64,000 nt of DNA, taken from Gemmatimonadota bacterium (lineage in GTDB: Bacteria; Gemmatimonadota; Gemmatimonadetes; Palauibacterales; Palauibacteraceae). Location: the NCBI GenBank assembly GCA_039589195.1, contig JBDHHV010000001.1, positions 59,634-123,633 of the forward strand. The letters are read 5' to 3'. The translations under genes were made by a program, and so were the position numbers. The notes under the pieces are model-generated. The model saw nothing but the letters and a program-made list of their open reading frames with translations, ran no database searches and had not been told where the DNA came from. This document shows, one piece after another, positions 47,515 through 56,482 of this stretch; within the stretch, counting starts at the first letter, position 1; each line of letters begins with the position of its first letter.

Positions 47515-49214
47515 GACGTCGTCTCTCGCTCGAATACCAGCTCGCCCTCGACGAAGGTGAGGTCCACGCGAACCCGCTCGATCTCCGGCGGATCGATGGT
47601 AAAAATATCATCCGACAACACGACCAGGTCGGCGTAGAAACCCGGTGTGATCCTGCCCAACTCCGACTCGAGATAGCTCGCGTATGCGTTCGCGCTCGTG
47701 TATGCGGTCACCGCTTCCTCGACCGAGATCTTCTGCCGCGGTACCCACCCCTGCGGGTTACGGCCATCAGTCGTACGACGCGTGACCGCCGCGTAGATCC
47801 CCAGGAGCGGGTCCAGAGGCGCCACGGTCCAGTCGCTCCCGAAGGTCAGGGGAGCCTCGGAGTCCAACAGATCACGGAACGCGTACGTGAGATCGATGCG
47901 CTCTGGACCGATGCGGTTGATGGCCCAGCGGCCGTCGTCGATCGCATGGTACGGTTGCATGGACGGAATGACCCTCTGTGTCGCGAAGCGCTCGATGGCG
48001 TCGGGTCGCAGGTGCTGCGCGTGCTCGATGCGGAAGCGTCGATCTCGGGGCCCGTTCACGCGTTCGGCCTCGGCGAACGCGTCCAGCAGCCAATCGTTGG
48101 CCCGCGTCCCGATCGCGTGCACGATCACATGCATCCCGGCCGCGTCGGCTCGGAGGATGTCCTCGTGCAGTGCGGCCGTGTCCGTGACCATCAACCCGCG
48201 CTCACCGGGCGCGTCCTCGTACGGCTCGTAGAACCAGGCCGTGGTCGAGCCGAGCGATCCATCCACGTAGGACTTCAGACCGCCCCAAAACAGACGGTGA
48301 TCTCCGCGTCCTTCCTCCGCGACGAGATCGCGCATGCGCTCCCACGTAGCCAACGGCACGACCGAATACACACGCACGGGGAGCGACCCCCGCGCCCGCG
48401 CGCGACGGTACGTCTCGAACCCTGCCCACGAGCCCATGTCGGTGATAAGCGTCACGCCGCGCTCGACCGCATGTCGGGCCGCAGCGTCGAGTGCCCGATC
48501 CAGCTCGTCCTCCGATCGGGGTGGCATGCGGTCGAACACGAACGCCTGCGCGGCATCCTTCAGCACGCCCGTGGCGCGCCCGTCGTGATCGCGGACGACC
48601 GTGCCACCGTCGGGATCCAGGGTGGAGGCGGTGATCCCGGCGATCTCGAGGGCCCGAGAGTTGGCGAGACCCATGTGCCCATCGAGCCGCTGGACGAAGA
48701 CGGGCGTTTCCGCGGTCAGCGAATCGATCCAATCCCGGTGCGGAAGCGCTCCCCCCCAGAGCTCGTGATCCCACTGACCGCCGGTCATCCATGCTCCCGG
48801 GTGATCGGACGCGAACCGTCCGATTCGGCGGGCGAACTCCGCAGGTGTGTCGGCGTCACGCAGTTGCACCCCGCTCAGCTCGAATCCGCCGTCCAGGAAA
48901 TGAGTGTGGTTATCCATGAGTCCGGGGATCACACGACGCCCGTTCAACCCCACGCGCCGCGTGCCGGGCCCGACCCACTCTTCGATGCGTGCGTCCGATC
49001 CGACGGCGGCGATCCGTCCGTCACGCACCGCGATCGCGGTCGGCTCGTCCGCGGAATCGCCGTCACCGGAGGTCCACACGCGGCCGCCGGTAAGGACCAG
49101 ATCCGCCCGTGTGCCAGGCCCAGCGCTCGATGACACTTCGGAGTCCTCCTCTCCGCTTCCGCACGCCGCGGACAACGCACCCGCAACCGCGATCGCCACG
49201 AGCGCCCGAATCAT
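47511..49214 (-). CDS. Amidohydrolase_3 family (YtcJ-like) metal-dependent hydrolase, lipoprotein
   Basis: Lipobox LSAAC; PGLMDNHTH, DGHM, KSYVDGSLGS, HAIG, RIEHAQH, FGSDW. Confidence 0.9.
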   Translation of the reverse strand: MIRALVAIAVAGALSAACGSGEEDSEVSSSAGPGTRADLVLTGGRVWTSGDGDSADEPTAIAVRDGRIAAVGSDARIEEWVGPGTRRVGLNGRRVIPGLMDNHTHFLDGGFELSGVQLRDADTPAEFARRIGRFASDHPGAWMTGGQWDHELWGGALPHRDWIDSLTAETPVFVQRLDGHMGLANSRALEIAGITASTLDPDGGTVVRDHDGRATGVLKDAAQAFVFDRMPPRSEDELDRALDAAARHAVERGVTLITDMGSWAGFETYRRARARGSLPVRVYSVVPLATWERMRDLVAEEGRGDHRLFWGGLKSYVDGSLGSTTAWFYEPYEDAPGERGLMVTDTAALHEDILRADAAGMHVIVHAIGTRANDWLLDAFAEAERVNGPRDRRFRIEHAQHLRPDAIERFATQRVIPSMQPYHAIDDGRWAINRIGPERIDLTYAFRDLLDSEAPLTFGSDWTVAPLDPLLGIYAAVTRRTTDGRNPQGWVPRQKISVEEAVTAYTSANAYASYLESELGRITPGFYADLVVLSDDIFTIDPPEIERVRVDLTFVEGELVFERETTS

Positions 49215-51433
49215 CGCTGTGATCCTGCATCGGGCCCCGCGGCCGCCGTTACATCACCCCGAAGCATCCGATCGAAGAAATCGGCCGTCGCGCGGTATGC
49301 CGCGAGCCAATTCCGGTGAAGAAGAAAGCTGTGTACCTCGTCCGGGAACACGAGCTGCTCGACGACGACGTTCCGTCGCTCCAAGGCCTCGATGAGATCC
49401 ACGGACTCGGAGAACGGAACATTCCGGTCGTCGTCCCCGTGGATGAGCAGTACGGGTGAGCGCCAACCGTCGACCGAAGCCATGGGAGATGACTCGAACG
49501 CGAGGCGAGCGACCTCCGCCCGTCGCTCCGCCTGGTACGCGGGGACGAAGTTGCGGATCACGACATTCCAGTCGTGCACGCCGTGCAAGTCAACGCCGGC
49601 CACGAACAGGTCTGAGTCGCGAGCGAGTCCGAGTGCGGTCAGATAGCCCCCGTAGGAGCCGCCCCACAATCCGATCCGAGTCGGGTCCACATCCGACCGC
49701 CGGGCGAGATAGCGTCCGGCCGCCACCACATCTCGGTATTCGCTCGCGCCGCGAGCCCCGTAGTCGAGGGCCTCGCGGAACTCCATCCCGTAACCGATCC
49801 CGCTTCGGTAGTTGACGGACAGTACGACGTATCCGCGACTGGCGAGGTACTGGTTCATCGCGTAGGCGTTGTGGTAGTAGCCCCGATAGTGCCACCCGAG
49901 GAGCATCTGGCGACGAGAGCCGCCATGAAAGAAGAGGACGGCGGGGCGCCTGTCGCCCGGTGAGAGGTCCGCCGGCGTGAACAGCTGCCCGTGTATCTGT
50001 ATGCCATCTTCCGCGAGGAACGTCACGGCCTCGGGCGTGACGAGGTGTTGGAGCGGGAAGTCCCCGGGCGATCCCGGATCCAGCCGGCGCCTGCGGCCGT
50101 CGGCATGCAGGATTTCCGGATGCGCGGGAGTCCGAGCATCCGAGGCTAGAAACGCGATTGCCGGACCCTCGGCGGCGGCTGCCGGTGACCACTCGATCCC
50201 CGATCCCTGTGTGAGCGCCACGGGTGCACCGCGCGCCACGTCGACCGACCACAAGTGTCGTCGATCGATGTCCGCCTCGTTGGACGAGTAGATGAGTCTC
50301 TCGCGATCCCGCGAGAGGGTGACGTGCTCGACCTCGAAAGCGCCGGGTGTAAGAAGGCTCGGCTCTCCTCCCGAGGCGGCGACCGTATACAGGTGGGTCC
50401 ATCCGTCGCGCTCCCAGGGGAACACGATTCGGTCCCCCACCGCCCACCATAGCTGGTCCGCTGCCTCGACCCGGCGGAACGCGCTGCCTGTTCCCTCAGA
50501 AGCGCGCCATACCTCCGATCCGTCTCCGGTGGCAACGTCAACCACCCGTATGGACCAGGGGAGGGCGGAGCGGATCGGTGCGAACGGCACCCTGTCACGC
50601 TCGTTGAGGATCCGCACGAAGGCCAGACGGCTGCCGTCGGGCGACCAGGTTGGATACCCGTCGCGCGCGAGGGACGGGTCCACGTACCTGACGGCGCTAT
50701 CGCTCACCGAGAACAGACCGATGAAGCTGTGATCGCCGCGGCTGCTCACGAATGCCAGGTGCTTGCCGTCCGGAGACCAACGCAGCGAACCGGCGCTACC
50801 CCGCGTGCGAAGGAGCTGCCGTGGCCCACGCGCCGGTTCATCTTCACCCTCGGCTGCCTCCGCGGCCGGGGGCATGCCGGCTTCCTCCGGCGTCGCATCG
50901 GCAGTGATCGACCAGATCTGGCCACGGCGCAGAAACACGAGACGTGAGCCATCCGGAGACGGAATGGGAGAAGAGCCAGGCGTCACGCGTCGCGGCTGAC
51001 CCGCCTCCGGACCGTCCAGATCGACGACCCAAATGATCCGCTCCGCCCCCTGCGCATCGCTGGTCGGGTTAGGAATCTCCCCACCCCGGTTGGGTGCGCC
51101 TCCACGTACGAAGAACAGACGCCGATCGTCTGGCGTGAAGCGGAGGCTCGAGATCTCCTGACCGTCGTCCTCCACGTAGGATGTGAGACGACGGCTTGTA
51201 TACTCGGGTGGGCGGACGATCCAGATGTTCCGCGCGCCCCCCTCGTTCAGGACCCACGCGAACCCTCCGTTTCCGTGATCGGCTATGAGGCCGGACGGAA
51301 ACGGCGCCTCCATGATCTGCTCGAGGGAGTACGGGTCCTGCGCAGCCAGACCCCATGCAGGGCCCAGGGCCAGGGCCGCGAGGGTGAGCGTGAAGGAGGC
51401 CAGGCGTCTGCCGAAGTGTCGACCGCAGGTCAT
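49211..51433 (-). CDS. S9 family (prolyl oligopeptidase/dipeptidyl aminopeptidase-like) peptidase
   Basis: AAGGAG RBS; signal peptide; WSPDG propeller repeats; GGSYGG, DDRNV, DEVH catalytic triad. Confidence 0.9.
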   Translation of the reverse strand: MTCGRHFGRRLASFTLTLAALALGPAWGLAAQDPYSLEQIMEAPFPSGLIADHGNGGFAWVLNEGGARNIWIVRPPEYTSRRLTSYVEDDGQEISSLRFTPDDRRLFFVRGGAPNRGGEIPNPTSDAQGAERIIWVVDLDGPEAGQPRRVTPGSSPIPSPDGSRLVFLRRGQIWSITADATPEEAGMPPAAEAAEGEDEPARGPRQLLRTRGSAGSLRWSPDGKHLAFVSSRGDHSFIGLFSVSDSAVRYVDPSLARDGYPTWSPDGSRLAFVRILNERDRVPFAPIRSALPWSIRVVDVATGDGSEVWRASEGTGSAFRRVEAADQLWWAVGDRIVFPWERDGWTHLYTVAASGGEPSLLTPGAFEVEHVTLSRDRERLIYSSNEADIDRRHLWSVDVARGAPVALTQGSGIEWSPAAAAEGPAIAFLASDARTPAHPEILHADGRRRRLDPGSPGDFPLQHLVTPEAVTFLAEDGIQIHGQLFTPADLSPGDRRPAVLFFHGGSRRQMLLGWHYRGYYHNAYAMNQYLASRGYVVLSVNYRSGIGYGMEFREALDYGARGASEYRDVVAAGRYLARRSDVDPTRIGLWGGSYGGYLTALGLARDSDLFVAGVDLHGVHDWNVVIRNFVPAYQAERRAEVARLAFESSPMASVDGWRSPVLLIHGDDDRNVPFSESVDLIEALERRNVVVEQLVFPDEVHSFLLHRNWLAAYRATADFFDRMLRGDVTAAAGPDAGSQR

Positions 51434-51562
51434 GCTCGCTCCTTTTCCGTGGGCCGGTGCCAGCAACGGGCTCGAAATAGTAGGCCGGCCGGTCGGCTTC
51501 TGACCAGCCGTCCGCGGGTGGTCGCGTTCCGGGGTAGGGGTGGAACGTGGCCGCGTCGCCCG

Positions 51563-52411
51563 CTAGTGACGACGCAGGAAATAAAAGCAGCGATGGCTCG
51601 CGGCTCTCCGATGGAAGCTCTGCACGGTATAGCCTTTCCCGAGGTAATGCAGGAACGCGCGCCGGGTCGAGACCCGCCAGCGCCGGGCGTCCCCCGGGGA
51701 GTGGGTCGCCAGCTCACTCGCGTCGCAGGGAATCTCGATCAGCACCGAGCTTGTCTCGGGCAACTCCGGAGCCCCGGACAACCGCTCGCTCGCGTCGGAT
51801 GGGGCGATGACGGGCGCCTCGACGGCGGCTTCGCTGGTCTGGGTTTGCTCACCCCCGATTGCCCAGAGCGTCCTCTGGCTCGCCAGCTCCCACTGCACGA
51901 TGAGGCGGTCGGTGTCTCCCATGGAATGAAGCGGACTGCCCGTCTCGCGCCCATACATATTGGGAGCGTAACCCGCGATGTCGACGCCGAGCCGGTTTAG
52001 GTTCAGGTGGGCGTTGCGGGCGATGAGAGGGTCGAACGTCCAGAAGACCCTCTCCACGCCGCTCTTCAAGAGCTCTTCCCTTTGAAAGAGCTTGAGCCGA
52101 CGACCCAGCCCGCCGCCGCGGGCATCCGGGCGTACCGCCAGCATGTGCGACCAGTGGACCGGCACCTCGTCGCGAGTCCCCTGCAAGCTGAACACGAAAC
52201 CGACCAGTCGCTCATCCTCCGTGAAGGCTCCCGCGACGAGCCCACCGACCTTTTGCGACACGAAGAGCAGCGACCCCGGGACGAACTCCAGGAACGTGTC
52301 GCCCCAGGTGGTGCGCTGCAGATCCACACAGGCATCGAATTCCACCAGGCGTTCCAGATGTCTGATGGTGAAGGGGCCCTCAGCCGCGGGCGACGCCGGT
52401 CGGTCCGTCAT
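51563..52411 (-). CDS. GNAT acyltransferase of the type linked to NSAR/OSBS (D-amino acid N-succinyltransferase-like)
   Basis: ATGA overlap with the OSBS/NSAR gene; HWSHMLAVRPDARGGGLGRRLK, WTFDPLIARNAHLN..LG, NMYG, TDRL. Confidence 0.82.
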   Translation of the reverse strand: MTDRPASPAAEGPFTIRHLERLVEFDACVDLQRTTWGDTFLEFVPGSLLFVSQKVGGLVAGAFTEDERLVGFVFSLQGTRDEVPVHWSHMLAVRPDARGGGLGRRLKLFQREELLKSGVERVFWTFDPLIARNAHLNLNRLGVDIAGYAPNMYGRETGSPLHSMGDTDRLIVQWELASQRTLWAIGGEQTQTSEAAVEAPVIAPSDASERLSGAPELPETSSVLIEIPCDASELATHSPGDARRWRVSTRRAFLHYLGKGYTVQSFHRRAASHRCFYFLRRH

Positions 52412-53571
52412 GTGCTCGGGTCGGGGCTGACGGAACGTTGCCGGGTGGCGAGCTCCTCGGTTCGCACCGTGAGGTCTTCGACCCTGTCTACGACCACTTC
52501 GACCCCCAACCCCGGGGTGTCGAACGGGACCACCACCAACCCATCCTCGGTCATCGTCCACTCGGGCTCGACGATGTCACGCTCCCAGTAGCGGCGGCTC
52601 GGCGACAGATCACCCGGGAGCGTGAAGTTATGCAGGGATGCGAGCGCGACGTTGTGGGCCCGTCCGATACCGCTCTCGAGCATGCCGCCGCACCAGACCG
52701 GCAAGCCATGCTCTGCCGCCATATCGTGGATCGCCCGCGCCGCCAGGAATCCACCGACTCGTCCCGGCTTCACGTTGATGATCCGACCGCTGCCCAGGGT
52801 GATCATGTCTTCCGCGCTGGCGACGTCCACGATCGACTCGTCGAGGCAGATCGGGGTCTGTAACCGAGTCTGAAGCTCGGCGTGTCGAACCAGGTCGCCC
52901 GTGGCGAGAGGCTGCTCGATCATCATGAGCTGGAAGCCATCGAGTTGGCGGAGCTCCTCGGCGTTCGCGAGCGTATAGGCGGCATTCGCGTCGACGGCAA
53001 GCCCGTGCTCGGGGCCCAGGGCCTCACGCACGGCAGCCACGTAGTCACGATCCGCTCCGGGGCGAATCTTCAGCTTGACCTTGCGATAGCCTTGTCCGAC
53101 AGCCTCCGATGCCTTGGCCGCCAGATCGGCAGGCGAATCCTGGATCCCCAGGGAAATACCGACTGGCACTCGCTCGAAGGTTCCGCCGAGGCGATGCGCC
53201 AACGACACCCGTTCCAGCTCGGCGGCCATGGACCAGAACCCCATCTCCACCGCGGCCTTCGCCATGGGGTGTCCACGGACGCCGTCCGCCAGCGTTGGCG
53301 CCACGGCTTCGGGTCCTGAGAACGGGCGGGCCAGGACCCTGGGACCCAGCCACTCGCGGATCGCCAGCCATGCGGTATCGATCGTCTCGGGAGAGTAGTT
53401 GGGATGCTCACCGGCCACACATTCCGCCCACGCGACGGGTCCATCCGGATGGTGGAGCTCGAGGAGCAGAATCCGTCGTTCCTCTACCCAACCAGAGGAA
53501 ATCTCGAACCGCTCCCGGAGCGGGAGCCGGATCTCGCGCAGCAGGAGGCGGTCGATCCGCAGGGAGGTCAT
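52408..53571 (-). CDS. menC: o-succinylbenzoate synthase / N-succinylamino acid racemase (enolase superfamily, NSAR/OSBS subfamily)
   Basis: KLKIRPG, DANAAY, EQPL, CLDESI, NVKPGRVGG, WCGGMLESGIGRAHN, LPGDLS. Confidence 0.85.
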   Translation of the reverse strand: MTSLRIDRLLLREIRLPLRERFEISSGWVEERRILLLELHHPDGPVAWAECVAGEHPNYSPETIDTAWLAIREWLGPRVLARPFSGPEAVAPTLADGVRGHPMAKAAVEMGFWSMAAELERVSLAHRLGGTFERVPVGISLGIQDSPADLAAKASEAVGQGYRKVKLKIRPGADRDYVAAVREALGPEHGLAVDANAAYTLANAEELRQLDGFQLMMIEQPLATGDLVRHAELQTRLQTPICLDESIVDVASAEDMITLGSGRIINVKPGRVGGFLAARAIHDMAAEHGLPVWCGGMLESGIGRAHNVALASLHNFTLPGDLSPSRRYWERDIVEPEWTMTEDGLVVVPFDTPGLGVEVVVDRVEDLTVRTEELATRQRSVSPDPST

Positions 53572-53900
53572 CGCCAGTCATTCCGCGCGAGGTCGTCCGC
53601 CGTGGCGGCAATGCGATCGCCACGGATCAATACGGCCATGTCCTCTCGCGGCGGTGGGGCGTCAAGCATATGAGACTTGGTCAAGGACGGATCCGTGGCA
53701 CCGTTGGAGTGTCTGGATGATCCCGGTTCCTACCGAGCACGCTCACCAACATAACCGCCATAACCGCTCGAGTCCCGTCCGGCGTGCGACCCCAAACCGG
53801 ATGGTCGAGAGCCCTCGCTGCGTCACGAATCCGGGTGCTCGGGCGTCTATCATCTGGCTGCCCCTCCGAGGTGCCGCTCGGACCAGACCTGGAAGGTGCA

Positions 53901-54341
53901 ATGACAATGCTCGTTCGCCCCCGCCCCTTGCCCGCACGACGGCGGACCTGGCGGCGTGTCCCCTGGATTATCGGCCTCGTACTGGCGGGGGCGTCATGGC
54001 TTGGCGCATGCGCTCCGTCGATCCTGGGCACTGATCCCGCCACAGGGTTCGACGTCCTCGTGACGCGCGGGCCGATCCGGCCCGTTGCCACGGAAGGGGA
54101 GAACAACTCGAGCCCGGTGGAGGGTGCCCTGGTGCACATCGAGCGCACCGACGCGTCCGGCGATACTCGGATCCGCACGGATGCGGAGGGAAGAGTGATC
54201 GCCGCCCTCGTTCCCGGTGAGTATCGGGTCGAGGTTCGTGAGTGTCCGGGGGCCATGTCGCTACCTTCGGCCGTCGCCTCCTCGGTGCAGGCCGGGCATC
54301 TGACGATGCTCGAGTTCTCGTGCGATACAGGGATCCGGTAA
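53901..54341 (+). CDS. Small lipoprotein with carboxypeptidase-regulatory-like (transthyretin-like) domain
   Basis: Lipobox LGAC; PVEGALV...RTDAEGR...LVPGEYRV; CDTGIR C-terminus. Confidence 0.65.
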   Translation: MTMLVRPRPLPARRRTWRRVPWIIGLVLAGASWLGACAPSILGTDPATGFDVLVTRGPIRPVATEGENNSSPVEGALVHIERTDASGDTRIRTDAEGRVIAALVPGEYRVEVRECPGAMSLPSAVASSVQAGHLTMLEFSCDTGIR

Positions 54342-54406
54342 ACGACCCTCGCGCTCTTGCCGAGTCCAGTCCGGGCAGCCCGGGACGAGCTCTAGTCGGC
54401 CGTCGG

Positions 54407-55759
54407 TTACACTCCGCTCGTCAGACCGAGAACTTCCGAAGCCAGCCACCACAGACCCACGAGGAGGATGGCGCCGGGAACGGCGAACCGCAGCCACCCG
54501 AACAGGAGCCTCGAGCCCACTCGGCTCGTGAGACCTAACTCCTTCAACGCGGCCGGCCGGCTCACCACCCAGGTCAGCGTTACGACGGCGACCCCTACGC
54601 CCAGCGTTTGCATCCCGGAACCGAAGGTCAGGTCCCAGGGGACGAAAATGGCCATGTTCAGCGTCGGAGGTAGCGAGCACAGGAAGACGGTTCCGGCCAT
54701 GATCCAGATCCCCCTCTCGCGCGGGATCCCTCGTCCGTCCGCCAGTCCGGCCGTCAGCACCTCGAACGCCGCGACATCCGACAGATAAGCGACCCCGAAC
54801 AGGCTCGCGAAGAACAGGAATCCGAACAGGGCCCCCAACGGCATTTGCGCGAAGGCGAGCGGGAGCGTCTCGAACAACAGCCCGGGTCCGCTCCCCGGCT
54901 CCAGACCAAACGCGAATACGGCAGGGAAGATCGCCAGCCCGGCCAGGAGGCCGACTGCCGTATCGCCCACCGCGGTCCACCGCGCGTTGCTTGGGAGTGA
55001 CACATCGGATGGCAGGTACGAGCCGTAGATGACCATGAAGGTCCCGCCCAGCGACAGCGAGAAGATGGCCTGCCCCAAAGCGGCGACGACCACGCGTCCG
55101 TTGATCGCGGCCGGCTCGAATTTCAGGAGGTACCAGTCGAGACCCTCTCCGGCACCGGGCAACGTCAGGGCTCTGAGGATCAGGATGCAGAGCGACACGA
55201 AAAGGGCGGGTACCAGGAGCCGGCTGGCGCGTTCGATCCCGGCGCGCAGCCCCAGTCGGATCATGCCCACGCAGCCGAGAATCACGGCTCCCGTACACGC
55301 GGCCTGCAGGACGAACGAGCGAGCATCGAACCCGCGCTCGGGTGGCAGGATCGCGGTGGAGAACGACGAGAAACCCGCGCCGCGTGCCAACTCACCGAGT
55401 CCGAAGAAGAGCACCCACCCGAGGACGGCCGTGTAATACGCGGCGCCCATCGTCATCACGAAGAAGAAGAACCAGCCTACGGCGCCTCCCAGCGGCAGAC
55501 CCGCCCGGGCGAACGCTCCGACCGGTCCGCGTCGGGTCTTTCGGCCGAGCGCCCACTCCGCCATGAGCGCGGGGGCGCCGATCACGAACACGAAGGCGAT
55601 GTAGAGGAGCACGAAGGCGGAACCGCCGAACTCACCCACCATGTACGGGAAGCGCCAGATATTGCCGAGGCCGGCGGCGACTCCGATCATCGTGAAGACG
55701 GCACCGAGCCGCGTGGCGAAGCGTGCGCGCTCCGCGCGCGGTGAGTTGGAGGAGGGCAT
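54407..55759 (-). CDS. Sodium-dependent transporter (NSS/SNF family)
   Basis: AGLGNIWRFPY, GGSAFVLLY, GIERAS, ALGQAIFSLSLG, YGSY, GPGLLF. Confidence 0.93.
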   Translation of the reverse strand: MPSSNSPRAERARFATRLGAVFTMIGVAAGLGNIWRFPYMVGEFGGSAFVLLYIAFVFVIGAPALMAEWALGRKTRRGPVGAFARAGLPLGGAVGWFFFFVMTMGAAYYTAVLGWVLFFGLGELARGAGFSSFSTAILPPERGFDARSFVLQAACTGAVILGCVGMIRLGLRAGIERASRLLVPALFVSLCILILRALTLPGAGEGLDWYLLKFEPAAINGRVVVAALGQAIFSLSLGGTFMVIYGSYLPSDVSLPSNARWTAVGDTAVGLLAGLAIFPAVFAFGLEPGSGPGLLFETLPLAFAQMPLGALFGFLFFASLFGVAYLSDVAAFEVLTAGLADGRGIPRERGIWIMAGTVFLCSLPPTLNMAIFVPWDLTFGSGMQTLGVGVAVVTLTWVVSRPAALKELGLTSRVGSRLLFGWLRFAVPGAILLVGLWWLASEVLGLTSGV

Positions 55760-55806
55760 GTGGCGGGCGAGCCCGAGCCTACTCCGGGGGATGCCTCAAC
55801 GCCCGA

Positions 55807-56235
55807 TCAATCGTCGCGCTCGTACGAGACAATGTTCTCCCACTCGCTCGGGTCAGAACGCGCCACGACGGCTACCACGGGCTCCTCGTCGCTGCTGTTG
55901 AACACCTCGTGCGGGACCCCCGGCTCGATGAAAATGAAATCCCCCGCCTCATTCTCGACCGAGTGCTTCAGCCCGGGACCGTACTCGTGCCGTACGCGAC
56001 CCTGGAGGATGAACAGCATGACGTCAAAGTCCACGTGGATATGTGCGTACGCGACGCCACCCGGGGGGATGGTAGCGACGTTCATGGAGAATTGTGTGGC
56101 CGGGACGTTCTTCTCGGACAGGCCCGGCGTGTACCGGATCCCGTTCCACTCGCGCGTGTTCTCCGGGGCTCGAAGGACGTGAATCCCTTCGCCGTACTCG
56201 ACGGCCGCCCCGAGGTCGAGGCCTTCGTGGCTCAT
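55807..56235 (-). CDS. Cupin domain protein
   Basis: IPPGGVAYAHIH...GDFIFIEPGVPHEVFN. Confidence 0.88.
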   Translation of the reverse strand: MSHEGLDLGAAVEYGEGIHVLRAPENTREWNGIRYTPGLSEKNVPATQFSMNVATIPPGGVAYAHIHVDFDVMLFILQGRVRHEYGPGLKHSVENEAGDFIFIEPGVPHEVFNSSDEEPVVAVVARSDPSEWENIVSYERDD

Positions 56236-56385
56236 GATTCTTGACTCCCTCCGCGTCCGTGAGGGACGGAACCGCGGGTTCGTGTCCGCGGACGGTTACT
56301 TGCATGGCGACGCGCTTCGAAGTTCCCACCGCGTCGAACGGTCCCTATATTGCACCAACGGAGCACTGTTCGGACAGCCGATGGT

Positions 56386-56436
56386 ACGTGGTGATTTGAG
56401 GCAGATTGCGGCCACGTTAAAGAAGTCGCTAAAGAG
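56386..56436 (+). ncRNA. SAM-II (SAM-alpha type) riboswitch
   Basis: ACGTGG-TGATTT-GAGGCAGA-TTGCG-GCCACGT-TAAAGAAGTCGCTAAAG matches the SAM-II consensus (P1 CGTGG/CCACG, UGAUUU, UUGC, GCUAAA) directly upstream of metH. Confidence 0.85.
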
Positions 56437-56473
56437 CCCGCCCCGGCGCGACTAGCGGCGGGGCTTCTTTGTT
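56431..56473 (+). terminator. GC-rich hairpin with U-tract between the riboswitch and the metH RBS (probable expression platform)
   Basis: GCCCCG...CGGGGC stem followed by TTCTTTGTT, then GGAGG RBS and GTG. Confidence 0.5.
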
Positions 56474-56482
56474 GGAGGAAAT

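Noticed and set aside
52408-53571. Menaquinone biosynthesis operon
   Set aside because: No other men genes are nearby; the GNAT partner points to the racemase role.
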